Source of the DNA: Candidatus Saccharimonadota bacterium
GTDB lineage: Bacteria > Bacteroidota > Bacteroidia > Cytophagales > Amoebophilaceae
Length of the DNA: 32,000 nucleotides
Reading direction: 5' to 3'
Assembly: GCF_936981045.1 (NCBI RefSeq)
Contig: NZ_OW441264.1
Coordinates: 300,001 to 332,000 of the forward strand
Shown here: piece after piece, positions 23,398 through 32,000 of the stretch
How positions within the stretch are numbered: the first letter of the stretch is position 1
How the letters are laid out: every line of letters begins with the position of its first letter
Notes under the pieces: model-generated
The model's database searches: none
What the model was told of the DNA's origin: nothing
What the model saw: the letters and a program-made list of their open reading frames with translations, nothing else
Made by a program: the position numbers and the translations under genes

Positions 23398-25398
23398 ATG
23401 GAACAGTCCGATATCAGTCAGGAAATCAAACGTTTAGTAGATTTAATGCACTACTACAATGAATGTTATTTTCAAAAGGGGATTGCTGAAATCTCCGATT
23501 ATGCATATGACCAATTATTGGAACGGTTGACTCAATTGGAGCAGGCCTACCCGCATTTAAAGCGCCCTGACTCTCCAACTGAAGTGATTGGAGATCGACC
23601 TTCTAAAGGTTTTGCAGTGGTCTATCACCAAACCCCTATGCTCTCTTTAGCTAAAACCTATTCAGAAAAAGAAATAGAGCAATTTGTTGTAAGGGTAAAA
23701 AAAATGCTTCCAAATGCAACTGTAGATTTTATATGTGAACCTAAAATAGATGGCGTTGCATTAAGTATCCTTTATGAAGAGGGCGATTTGGTACGTGCGG
23801 TAACACGTGGTAATGGTCAAAAAGGAGATGATGTAACCCACCATGTGACCCAATGTTTGCACTTGCCCCAAAAAATTCAAGGTGCCCCATGTTCCTCATT
23901 TGAAGTACGTGGGGAAGCCTTTATGTCCAAAACTGTTTTTAAAGCATTAAATAGTAGACGTAAAGCAGAAGGAGAACCCTTATGGGCTAATCCCCGTAAC
24001 CTTGCAGTAGGCACATTAAAAACATTAGATGTAGATTTAGTTAAGGAACGTCAATTGACATTTTATGGGTATAGTTTTTATGCCTCATCTTATCATTGTG
24101 CTACTCAAGAAGCAGCTCTAGTGTTGCTAGATAGACTAGGTTTTTCTATTGCACCTACTTATAAAGTATGTCATAATGTTATGGAAATAATGACCTACAT
24201 CCATTATTGGGCGCAACATAGAAAAGAATTACCTGTCGATATAGATGGAATCGTGATAAAAGTAAATAACCTCCATCAGCAAGGTATTGTGGGTATGACT
24301 TCAAAATCGCCCCGTTGGGCCATTGCCTATAAATATCAACCAGAGATGGCCTATTCCACCTTAAACAAGGTCAGTTTTCAGGTAGGCAGAACAGGTGCGG
24401 TTACGCCAGTAGCCCATTTTAGTCCAATTCCATTGGCGGGCACTATGGTGCGTCGTGCATCTTTGTATAATGCAGATGAACTAGTTAGGCGAGATCTTTA
24501 TTTGGGCGATACGATTTTTATTGAGAAAGGAGGGGAGATTATTCCCAAGGTAGTAGGTGTAGATAGGACGCGCCGCAATACAACCAGCAAGCCCATTGTT
24601 TTTATTGGTGCTTGCCCTGCTTGTGGCACACCACTCCATCGAGCACCAGGAACAGTTGCTTACTATTGCCCCAATAAGCAACAATGTTTGCCGCAATTAA
24701 AAGGCACCTTATTGCATTTTTCCCATCGAAAAGCTATGGATATTGGTACATTAGGACCTAAAACGTTTGATGCGTTGTTGGAGGCTAAATTGGTGCAAAC
24801 TGCAGCAGATCTTTATAGATTGCGTTACGAGGCGGTCAATAGTTTGGAAGGATTTCAAGCGTTATCCACACAAAAATTATTATCTAATATTCAGACGTCC
24901 AAAACAAAACCTTTTGATAACGTATTGTTTGCTTTGGGCATTAAACATATAGGGGAGACGGTAGCCAAGAAACTAGCTGTACATTTTAGGTCTATGGAGC
25001 GTTTGAAAAGGGCTACTGAAGCAGAGCTGTTACAGTTACCAGATATTGGGGAGAAAATTGTGCAGAGTATATTGGATTACTTCCAGGACCCTTACCAACA
25101 AGCCATTCTTCGTGGGCTTCAAATTGCGGGACTGCAGTTTGCGCTACCAGAAACAGTTGATACCTTCTTGCCTTTATCCTCAAAAAATTTTGTTATTTCG
25201 GGTACCTTTCAAAAATTTACAAGAGAGGAATTGACTAAATTAATTGAACAAGCAGGAGGAAGGGTATTGTCTGCTATGTCTGCTAAGGTCGATTATTTAG
25301 TAGCAGGGATCAAAGCTGGTCCATCAAAGTTGGCCAAGGCAATGCAATGGACGATTCCCATTTTAGAAGAAAATGATCTTATAAAGATGATACAATGA
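23398..25398 (+). CDS. ligA: NAD+-dependent DNA ligase LigA
   Basis: The adenylation motif is CEPKIDGVA. OB fold, Zn finger CPACGTPL...YCPN..C, HhH repeats and a C-terminal BRCT domain (FVISGTF...LVAG) are present. Confidence 0.97.
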   Translation: MEQSDISQEIKRLVDLMHYYNECYFQKGIAEISDYAYDQLLERLTQLEQAYPHLKRPDSPTEVIGDRPSKGFAVVYHQTPMLSLAKTYSEKEIEQFVVRVKKMLPNATVDFICEPKIDGVALSILYEEGDLVRAVTRGNGQKGDDVTHHVTQCLHLPQKIQGAPCSSFEVRGEAFMSKTVFKALNSRRKAEGEPLWANPRNLAVGTLKTLDVDLVKERQLTFYGYSFYASSYHCATQEAALVLLDRLGFSIAPTYKVCHNVMEIMTYIHYWAQHRKELPVDIDGIVIKVNNLHQQGIVGMTSKSPRWAIAYKYQPEMAYSTLNKVSFQVGRTGAVTPVAHFSPIPLAGTMVRRASLYNADELVRRDLYLGDTIFIEKGGEIIPKVVGVDRTRRNTTSKPIVFIGACPACGTPLHRAPGTVAYYCPNKQQCLPQLKGTLLHFSHRKAMDIGTLGPKTFDALLEAKLVQTAADLYRLRYEAVNSLEGFQALSTQKLLSNIQTSKTKPFDNVLFALGIKHIGETVAKKLAVHFRSMERLKRATEAELLQLPDIGEKIVQSILDYFQDPYQQAILRGLQIAGLQFALPETVDTFLPLSSKNFVISGTFQKFTREELTKLIEQAGGRVLSAMSAKVDYLVAGIKAGPSKLAKAMQWTIPILEENDLIKMIQ

Positions 25399-25946
25399 TG
25401 CGTCTATACTTAAGTTTTAAGTTTTTTGTTTTAGGCATTGTTACCCGTTTTGTCTCAAAAAATAAGACTGCTGTGCGCAGTAATGTAGGGTTAAACCAAG
25501 CAACCACCATAGGCGTACTGTATAGCTATGAGGGTCCCGCCAAGCATGAAGTTGTACAACGTTTTATTCGAGATTTAAAAAATTTGGATAAAAAAGTTAG
25601 TGTGCTTTGTTACACTACAGCAAAAGACTGCGTACATGCCAGCAGTAATTTACGCTATGCTTTTGGACATAATGCCATTACTATTTTGGGGAAGGTAAAA
25701 AGTGACCGTATAAAAAAGTTTATAGAGACTTCTTTTGACTATTTGTTTCACTTAGATTTGCATACGAATGCAGTGTTAGATTGTATTGTAGCCAAGCATC
25801 ACACCAAATGCCGTGTAGGTCATTTTGACCCTATGCGTAAAAATTTATTTGAAGTGATGGTACAGGTAAGTCGGACCACTCCAGTTGAAGACATTAAAAG
25901 GCTGGCCCGTCAGATGTTGCACTATACAGGATGTATGGAGGGGTAA
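25395..25946 (+). CDS. Hypothetical protein (183 aa), start overlaps ligA stop (ATGA)
   Basis: The 4-nt overlap with ligA suggests translational coupling. The composition is coding-like. I recognise no family. Confidence 0.5.
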   Translation: MMRLYLSFKFFVLGIVTRFVSKNKTAVRSNVGLNQATTIGVLYSYEGPAKHEVVQRFIRDLKNLDKKVSVLCYTTAKDCVHASSNLRYAFGHNAITILGKVKSDRIKKFIETSFDYLFHLDLHTNAVLDCIVAKHHTKCRVGHFDPMRKNLFEVMVQVSRTTPVEDIKRLARQMLHYTGCMEG

Positions 25947-25968
25947 AGAATGTAAAAGTGTGATATAA

Positions 25969-27099
25969 ATGCCTATTATGGATATCTATTTAGATCATGC
26001 AGCTACTACCCAATTAGATCCAGAAGTATTGGCCTCTATGATGCCTTATATGGCCAATTTATGTGGCAACCCTTCTTCTGTGCATCGTTATGGTTGCCAT
26101 GCAAAAGCAGCCATTGAAAAAGCCAGAAAAAAAATAGCTGGATTATTCGATGTTGCGCCTTCTGAAATATTGTTTACCTCTGGAGGCACAGAGGGGAATA
26201 ATATGCTATTAAGGGGGATTATAGATGCCATGCACATTATGCATGTGTTGACTTCTCCATTGGAGCATCTTGCCGTACGGATGCCACTAGAAGCGTTAGC
26301 CAAGCAGGGGAAGATTAAATTATCCTATGTGCGGGTCAACCAAACTGGAGACTTCATGTTGGATGAAGTAGAGCAGTGGCTAAAGGGACATCCTCATGCT
26401 TTGGTGAGTTTTATGCAGGTCAATCACGAAATCGGCAATATAACAGATATCGTGGCCATGGGGCAGCTTTGTCGAAAATATGGCGCATTTTTGCATTCAG
26501 ATACGATTCAAGGCATCTATTGTTGTATTGCTGATTTCTTATCTTGCCACCTTGCCCTTGTCTCTGCCCATAAAATACATGGACCTAAAGGTATTGGCTT
26601 TGTCTATGTTGATGCTAAAGTTTCTGTTGCACCCCTTATTACTGGAGGTAGTCAAGAGTTAAATATGCGCGGAGGCACCGAAAATGTAGCCCATATTGTT
26701 GGAATGGCTAAAGCATTGGAAATCGCTTTCCGAGATAGGGGAAAAGTGGTTGCACATTTGTTAGCTATTAAGCAGCATATGATCGCGTTACTAAAAACAC
26801 ATATGCCCAATATAACCTTTAATGGCCATAGCGAAAGCTTAACCCAAAGCAGTCCCAACCTATTAAATATTTCATCGCCTGACTGGAAAGAGCATAATAT
26901 GCTGATTTACAATTTGGATATTCATGGTATAGCGGCTTCTACAGGAAGTGCTTGTACCAGTGGTAGTGCTTTGGGTTCGCCCGTTATAGCTGCTTTGCAA
27001 AAAGAAACCAACCATGCCATACGTTTTTCCTTCAGCAAATATACTACCTGTGCAGAAGTTGAAGAAACAGTTGCCCTTTTGGTGCAACTAGTGTCCTGA
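25969..27099 (+). CDS. Cysteine desulfurase (class V aminotransferase, NifS/IscS-like)
   Basis: LDHAATT, FTSGGTEGNN, SAHKIHGPKG (PLP lysine), RGGTEN and GSACTSG (catalytic Cys) are present. The stop codon lies inside an IS3-derived 20-mer (see findings). Confidence 0.9.
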   Translation: MPIMDIYLDHAATTQLDPEVLASMMPYMANLCGNPSSVHRYGCHAKAAIEKARKKIAGLFDVAPSEILFTSGGTEGNNMLLRGIIDAMHIMHVLTSPLEHLAVRMPLEALAKQGKIKLSYVRVNQTGDFMLDEVEQWLKGHPHALVSFMQVNHEIGNITDIVAMGQLCRKYGAFLHSDTIQGIYCCIADFLSCHLALVSAHKIHGPKGIGFVYVDAKVSVAPLITGGSQELNMRGGTENVAHIVGMAKALEIAFRDRGKVVAHLLAIKQHMIALLKTHMPNITFNGHSESLTQSSPNLLNISSPDWKEHNMLIYNLDIHGIAASTGSACTSGSALGSPVIAALQKETNHAIRFSFSKYTTCAEVEETVALLVQLVS

Positions 27100-27180
27100 A
27101 AAAATCGGACAAAAAAGTATACTGGACTGATTTATTCGGACATTTTTTTCTTAATTTTATTTTCTATTTTTTCCCATTTG

Positions 27181-27453
27181 CTAGTCCAGCAATTTTACAT
27201 GGTTAAGATAGACGTTCATAGATTTTTGATAATTAATACTAGAATAAAACCTTTGGTAATTGTATTTAGTAATGTACCTGTTAATTCCCTCTTTTAACAC
27301 TTTAATATTTTTAAAATCATTGATAAATATGGAATTATATTTTAGGGTTGTAAAAAATATTTCCATTACAATATTATCAATGCTTCTACCTCTGCCATTC
27401 ATAGAGATTTGAATATTATGCCTTTTTAATAAGTCTGTATGCTTAACAACCAC
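27181..27453 (-). pseudogene. IS3-family integrase C-terminal remnant (copy D4)
   Basis: ..NGRGRSIDNIVMEIFFTTLKYNSIFINDFKNIKVLKEGINRYITKYNYQRFYSSINYQKSMNVY.. is paralogous to 16639-16803. Confidence 0.8.
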
Positions 27454-27874
27454 TTAATTCCCTAGCTTTGTAATATATCAAAGAGTCATGTATCGATAAT
27501 AATGCACATTGTCTTGCCTTGGATAAGTTGGGAAGCTTGGATCTGACAAGACTTTGCTTATTTAGTAAATCCAAGCTCTTTAGCTTTCCCACTGCCCAAT
27601 CTCGCTCAACGGTAGCCTTTCCTAAAGCCTTCTCAAGTGCATCGTTTTGATGCTTAAGTGTGCTAATTTCCTCTTTATACACACTAACAACCTTTGATGG
27701 ATCAAAGGCTATAGAGGCATTCTCTAAAAATTGACACTTCCAATTTTGAAGGGTTTTACTAGTGACGCCATATTTGGAAGACAGCTCAACTAGCGTTAAA
27801 TCTTCTTTTAGTAAAGCGAATACTATCTTAGTTTTTTCTTCCGAACTAAAATGCCTAATCTTATTTCTACCCAT
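27443..27874 (-). pseudogene. IS3-family transposase OrfA-region (copy D4)
   Basis: 143 aa, near-identical to the first 143 residues of 9413..10057. Confidence 0.85.
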
Positions 27875-27902
27875 CTGATTAATTTATTGTATGACTCTAA
27901 AA

Positions 27903-28142
27903 ACGTGAGTTCGGGATTAGATTATTTTTTCATTTGATAATCAATATTAATAAAAATTTATAAAATTTGTTTTATAGACAGTTAAATAGGTAGTTGAATA
28001 ACAAATAATTCTGATAATCAGTTTATTACATATATTATATTTATAAAATTAGATATAAAAACTTGTTAAATAGGTGCAAATATTAACTAAATAATTGATA
28101 TTAAATTGTTGTAAATCAGTCAAATAAATCCAGAACTCACGT
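27903..28142 (-). repeat. MITE-like element, copy 8 (reverse orientation)
   Basis: Full length. The left flank is TAAAA (27898-27902) and the right flank is GATTA. Its private variants (..AAATCCAGAACTCACGT tip, CTGATAATC, ATTACATAT) are shared only with copy 9. Confidence 0.9.
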
Positions 28143-28208
28143 GATTATACTGGACTGAAAAAATCTGACAAAAATATTTTAATTTATTTTCCGTATCGTT
28201 TAGTTTTA
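28143..28208 (+). mobile_element. 66-bp segment containing the IS3 'type D' left terminus, inverted relative to the adjacent IS3 copy D4
   Basis: GATTA + TATACTGGACTGAAAAAATCTGACAAAAATATTTTAATTTATTTTCCGTATCGTTTAG + TTTTA matches 9327-9389 in plus orientation, whereas D4 is in minus orientation. Confidence 0.85.
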
Positions 28209-28506
28209 ACGTGAGTTCTGGATTTATTTGACTGATTTACAACAATTTAATATCAATTATTTAGTTAATATTTGCACCTATTTAACAAGTTTTTATATCT
28301 AATTTTATAAATATAATATATGTAATAAACTGATTATCAGAATTATTTGTTATTCAACTACCTATTTAACTGTCTATAAAACAAATTTTATAAATTTTTA
28401 ACCTGAGTTCGGGATTAGCTTGTTAAAAAATAGCTTTAAAAAGCTTCTTTGTGTTTTAAATTTGGAGATAAAAAAATACTAACCAGATTATCCAAAGGAG
28501 CCAGTT

Positions 28507-28755
28507 ATGAATGTAGAAAAGTTAGTTGAAATATATTATGCTGTTAATGAATTTCTCATAAAGTTTATGCCGTATATGGAAAAACAACTGTTAACCAACT
28601 CTAAAAGAAAACCCACTAGAACTTGTTCATTAACTTTGAGTGAAATAATGACTGTTCTTATTGCCTTTCATGTGATTGGTTTTAGAAATTTTAAGTTTTA
28701 TTATGTTCATTCACAGAAATTTCATTCTAGTGAATTTGGAAAGTTAGTAAGCTAG
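28507..28755 (+). CDS. IS982-family transposase, N-terminal part (copy C4)
   Basis: 82 aa. It ends at the shared TAG and is in frame with 28795..29388. Confidence 0.8.
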   Translation: MNVEKLVEIYYAVNEFLIKFMPYMEKQLLTNSKRKPTRTCSLTLSEIMTVLIAFHVIGFRNFKFYYVHSQKFHSSEFGKLVS

Positions 28756-28794
28756 AATAGATTTGTAGAACTGATCCAAAGAACGTTAGCTCCC

Positions 28795-29388
28795 TTGTAC
28801 TGTTTTACACAAAGTCTTTCTAAAACAAAAACAGGTTGTTATTTTATGGATGCAACAGCCATCAAGGTTTGCCATATCAAAAGAGCCTATACGCACAGGG
28901 TTTTTAAATCGATTGCTACTAAAGGTAAAACCAGCACCGGTTGGTTTTTTGGATTAAAGTTACACTTGATAGTCAATGATTTAGGAGAAATTATGAATTT
29001 TCAACTGACCACAGGTAAAACTAATGATAGGCTTCCTGTAGAAAATTTGTGTAAACACTTGATGGGTAAAATGTTTGCCGATAAAGGTTACATAAGCAAA
29101 GATTTATTTAAAAAACTGATCGAGAAAGGCGTGGAACTCATTACCCAGATCAGAAAAAATATGAAAAATGCTTTTATGCCACTCTGGGATAAACTGATGC
29201 TTAGAAAACGATCTATAATTGAAACTATTATAGATCAGCTCAAAAATATTAGCCAGATAGAACATTCCAGGCATAGAAGCATACTTAATTTTCTAGTCAA
29301 TTTGATAGCTGGAATTACAGCTTATGCACTAAAAGAGAAAAAACCTTCTATAACTAATATATATATGACTGGTTCACAATACGTCTAA
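28795..29388 (+). CDS. IS982-family transposase, C-terminal part (copy C4)
   Basis: 197 aa carrying the DDE blocks described for 2028..2633. Confidence 0.85.
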   Translation: MYCFTQSLSKTKTGCYFMDATAIKVCHIKRAYTHRVFKSIATKGKTSTGWFFGLKLHLIVNDLGEIMNFQLTTGKTNDRLPVENLCKHLMGKMFADKGYISKDLFKKLIEKGVELITQIRKNMKNAFMPLWDKLMLRKRSIIETIIDQLKNISQIEHSRHRSILNFLVNLIAGITAYALKEKKPSITNIYMTGSQYV

Positions 29389-29451
29389 TCCCGAACTTAG
29401 GTTGATATTGATTATCAAACGAAAAAATAATCTAATCCCGAACTCATGTTA

Positions 29452-29510
29452 ATCCAAATTTCACTTAAAAGAAAAGCCTATACTAAGGAAAATATAGACG
29501 CGACGGAACC
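29452..29510 (-). mobile_element. Solo IS6-family end remnant (~59 bp)
   Basis: ATCCAAATTTCACTTAAAAGAAAAG...GAAAATATAGACGCGACGGAACC aligns with the reverse complement of 3118-3176, the left end of the IS6 element including its GGTTCTGTCGC repeat, with several substitutions. Confidence 0.7.
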
Positions 29511-29585
29511 GTTTTTTCTTATGTATGGGGTCCTTTTGAATATGGAAAATTATTGTTCGTATGACGGATACGGATATAAAGTAAT

Positions 29586-30041
29586 TTATATTCCTTGCAT
29601 ACTTTCGTAATAGCTGTCTGCCAGCAGATTGGTATAGCTACTAGCTACAGCGAGCTGATCACAACGTTCATTCTCATAGTAGCCAGCATGGCCCTTCACC
29701 CAACGAAAATGAACAAGATTTTTTTGATAGACTATCCAAAAACGTTTCCATAGATCAGGATTTTTTTTATTTTTAAAATCTATTTTGATCCAATTTTTAA
29801 GCCATCCTTTTTCTATAGCATCTATTACATATTTGGAATCGGAATAGATCGTAACCTCTTGTTCGGTCTGCTTTAAGGCTTCTAAGCCTATGATAACAGC
29901 TAACAGTTCCATTCGATTATTGGTTGTTTTTCTGTAGCCTTGGGATAGTTGTATCGTATAGTTATTGTGCTTTAGGATAACGCCATACCCACCCGGACCT
30001 GGATTACCTCTAGAAGCACCATCTGTGTAGATATGAATCAT
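29586..30041 (-). CDS. rnhA: Ribonuclease HI
   Basis: IYTDGASRGNPGPGGYG, TNNRMEL, YSDSKYV and WVKGHAG...NERCDQLA are the RNase H catalytic DEDD blocks. Confidence 0.93.
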   Translation of the reverse strand: MIHIYTDGASRGNPGPGGYGVILKHNNYTIQLSQGYRKTTNNRMELLAVIIGLEALKQTEQEVTIYSDSKYVIDAIEKGWLKNWIKIDFKNKKNPDLWKRFWIVYQKNLVHFRWVKGHAGYYENERCDQLAVASSYTNLLADSYYESMQGI

Positions 30042-30069
30042 CTAAAATAATTGTAATGGCCATAATCGC

Positions 30070-31794
30070 TTAAAATTTAAAGTCGACACCCGTTACATCC
30101 CAGTTTTCTATCACATTAATTTCCTTTTCGTAAAAAATTACTGGGTTCGGCTCAATGTTTTGAAGTACATCCCCAGGCGACCATTCCTCTTCCCCTTCAT
30201 TGAGCACCAATAAACGCATTCTATAGGAACCAGGCATAATCATTTTAAATTGGTAACTTTTTGCATTCCGAATGGCATCTACGCATTCATCTTTTTGATT
30301 CAGTAACTCAATAATGAAATAGGCCGTAGTGGTCTCTACAATTCCTGAAATGGTTCCTGTTTCATCTTTTTTTCTAAGTGGATAGGTTTGACTAATCTTT
30401 TTATGGGTTGATTGATCAAATGCCATACAAGCACCTGGTTCTATCTGTAAAGCAACCACCTGCTTTATACTTTTACCCTTATGGTCTCTTTCTTCCTCTT
30501 GTATGGCAAACTGCATGATCTCTTCTGGAGTGAAATGTTTCCGTATGGTCAGTTTGGTTCGATTTCCGTTCCACGTCCATTCCCCTTGCTTAAGTGCAAT
30601 GTTCTGTTGATTTTTACATTCAAAATAAATTAATGCTTCGTTAAATTCTTTGATGGGTTTGTTAAATACAATGGATTCTGTAAAATCAGGCAGTATAGAA
30701 GGAAGTACGCGTGGCGATAGGCTATAGCTTAGACTTGTTTTGTCTGTTTTTCCTTCCTTGAAGTGAATAAGTATATTTTTTTCTAATGACCTATGCAAAG
30801 CATCCTCAGCCTTTAATTTAACCTTCAAGGTATCTCCTTCTAGGAGACCAAAAGTATTGTAAATAGCGATTACTTTAGGTGATTGCTCTGAAAGAAAGCT
30901 ATAGATTGCTGGCTTCCCCTTTGTCCCTACCGTTTGAAGGGGTATCACTTGATAGTTGGTTATGGCTTTGTTAAAAACTATTTCAAAAAATCCTTTTTGG
31001 GGCGTACTACGTAGTAATTTTAAATCACGCACATCAGCTGTTATAAGCGGGAGTACAATATCTTCTCGAGCGTCGTTCAAATCGATGGGATTTTTTAAAA
31101 ATCCATAGTTATCTTTTTCATAATCAATTTTATAGGTGTTGTCTTTCCCAGTAGTAGCCCGTATATAATACTTGCCCAAGTGTATGCAGCTTATGGTAAA
31201 ATTTCCATCTTGATCAGCTGTGGTATAATAATCCGGTATACCTTTTTCCTGCCATTCTTTAGGATCTCGTTCTGCACTATAGAGATAGACCCTCACATCC
31301 CCTATTGGTTTATTGGTTAATAGTGCTTTTATTTTTCCCTTAACGGTAATGGGATCTATAAAAGAGCCTGTACTAAAGGTTAACACCTCACCAGTAGCCT
31401 TGGTACCCTCATGTGTGTCTTTAACTGCTTTACTAAAGTGGATGGAGTAGGTAGTTTCCTTTTTTAGAGGAACATTTAGCTTAAGTTGTAAGGTTTTTTC
31501 ATATACGGTATAGGTGTAGGGCTGTTTATTTTTCGGTTGATCTAACTTGGGCATAATCAGCAAATTATTGTAAGGGTTTTCAACAGCAATATCTTTATTG
31601 AAGGTAAGTCGGATGATTTTACGCTTAAAATTTAATGCGCCGCCTTCTGGAAACGTACGAACTAGTTTAGGCGGGCTTTCATCAGGAGGGCCACCTTCTG
31701 GTTCCTGTACCGAGACACAGGAAACAATAGGCACGAGTAATACATACCTGAAATGAAACAGCCGCAAAATTGCGGCAATGAATTTAAGCATCAT
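30070..31794 (-). CDS. Putative lipoprotein with Ig-like and carboxypeptidase-regulatory-like beta-sandwich regions
   Basis: I place the start at ATG 31794: MMLKFIAAILRLFHFRYVLLVPIVSC, a signal peptide with a lipobox-like IVSC. ..VKGKIKALLTNKPIGDVRVYLYS...ADQDGNFTISCIHLGKYYIRA resembles CarboxypepD_reg-type folds. The family assignment is tentative. Confidence 0.6.
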   Translation of the reverse strand: MMLKFIAAILRLFHFRYVLLVPIVSCVSVQEPEGGPPDESPPKLVRTFPEGGALNFKRKIIRLTFNKDIAVENPYNNLLIMPKLDQPKNKQPYTYTVYEKTLQLKLNVPLKKETTYSIHFSKAVKDTHEGTKATGEVLTFSTGSFIDPITVKGKIKALLTNKPIGDVRVYLYSAERDPKEWQEKGIPDYYTTADQDGNFTISCIHLGKYYIRATTGKDNTYKIDYEKDNYGFLKNPIDLNDAREDIVLPLITADVRDLKLLRSTPQKGFFEIVFNKAITNYQVIPLQTVGTKGKPAIYSFLSEQSPKVIAIYNTFGLLEGDTLKVKLKAEDALHRSLEKNILIHFKEGKTDKTSLSYSLSPRVLPSILPDFTESIVFNKPIKEFNEALIYFECKNQQNIALKQGEWTWNGNRTKLTIRKHFTPEEIMQFAIQEEERDHKGKSIKQVVALQIEPGACMAFDQSTHKKISQTYPLRKKDETGTISGIVETTTAYFIIELLNQKDECVDAIRNAKSYQFKMIMPGSYRMRLLVLNEGEEEWSPGDVLQNIEPNPVIFYEKEINVIENWDVTGVDFKF

Positions 31795-31812
31795 TAAAGT
31801 ATAAGCTTTGTC

Positions 31813-31889
31813 TGGTGGAGAATGGGGGACTCGAACCCCCGACCTTCTCGATGCCATCGAGACGCTCTAACCAACTGAGCTAATCCCCC
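31813..31889 (-). tRNA. tRNA-Ala (GGC), CCA encoded
   Basis: The reverse complement is GGGGGATTAGCTCAGTTGGTTAGAGCGTCTCGATGGCATCGAGAAGGTCGGGGGTTCGAGTCCCCCATTCTCCACCA. It has the G3:U70 identity pair, anticodon loop ATGGCAT and T-loop GGTTCGAGTCC. Confidence 0.93.
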
Positions 31890-32000
31890 TAGCATGGGCA
31901 CCATGCAACGATACCAATATTTCTTAAATAAATCAAGTATAATCTACTTTTTCAGCTGTAATAGCAGTGATTTTATACTAGTTGTAGCATGTAAGTGGCC

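Larger units (their letters stand above)
27118..27901 (-). mobile_element. IS3 'type D', copy D4 (internally deleted; first ~60 nt of its left end displaced and inverted at 28146-28208)
   Basis: The right terminus is TATACTGGACTGATTTATTCGGAC at 27118 (rc orientation). The integrase core is deleted (..KARELSGC joined to the OrfB tail). It ends at ..GACTCTAAAA next to MITE-8. Confidence 0.85.
28401..29402 (+). mobile_element. IS982-family IS, copy C4 (1002 bp), inserted inside MITE copy 9
   Basis: The tips are ACCTGAGTTCGGGATTAG and CTAATCCCGAACTTAGGT. The single frame 28507..29388 is broken only by the shared TAG (28753-28755). Confidence 0.92.
28209..29449 (+). repeat. MITE-like element, copy 9 (forward), split by IS982 copy C4 into 28209-28400 and 29403-29449
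   Basis: Starts ACGTGAGTTCTGGATTT and runs to ..TAAATTTTTA. After the IS it resumes TGATATTGATTATCAAACGAAAAAATAATCTAATCCCGAACTCATGT. The left flank is TTTTA and the right flank is TAATC (29450-29454). Confidence 0.9.

Noticed and set aside
107-29449. Could the recurring ~240-bp repeat be a CRISPR-like or tandem array?
   Set aside because: The repeat units are ~240 bp and occur in both orientations at irregular spacing (66 bp to >10 kb). They have terminal inverted repeats and target duplications. That is transposon behaviour, not an array.
31795-31857. N-terminal extension of the lipoprotein ORF (MASRRSGVRVPHSPPDKAYTL)
   Set aside because: The extension is the reverse translation of tRNA-Ala. 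A signal peptide begins at the internal ATG at 31794.

Overview
This is a low-GC bacterial chromosome segment with Bacteroidota hallmarks: the rpmB-rpmG-DUF4295-ftsY block, a TAnnTTTG-type promoter, and a long SecA. Five islands of housekeeping genes are present. They are rpmB/rpmG/ftsY/secA/tRNA-Phe; a Wzx-like flippase; mltG plus a RelA/SpoT homologue; rsmH/ZIP transporter/ligA/cysteine desulfurase; and rnhA/lipoprotein/tRNA-Ala. These islands are separated by heavily nested, mostly dead mobile DNA, which covers about 44% of the window by my hand-derived coordinates. The mobile DNA comprises two types of IS256-family element, four copies of an IS982-family element, IS3-family pieces, one IS6-family element plus a solo end, IS5-family fragments and two 5' fragments of a group II intron. 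It also includes nine copies of a ~240-bp non-coding MITE-like element. That element's tips share the core AGTTCGGGATT, at the same offset, with the IS982-like element. The picture fits an IS-swamped intracellular symbiont such as 'Candidatus Amoebophilus asiaticus', but this is inference only and no search was run. I found no CRISPR array, rRNA, prophage, or defence or secretion locus. The main points of interest are as follows. (1) The MITE family makes 5-bp AT-rich target duplications and sits only inside other mobile DNA. (2) MITE copies appear to have mediated an inversion, a 240-bp deletion and several chimeric junctions. (3) Identical inactivating lesions are shared by all copies of an IS family: an in-frame TAG in IS982 and a 1-nt frameshift in IS256-B. 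(4) The two group II intron fragments have similar 5' exon contexts. (5) The RelA/SpoT homologue is N-terminal-only and has a degenerate hydrolase site. All coordinates, alignments and counts were derived by eye and need computational confirmation.
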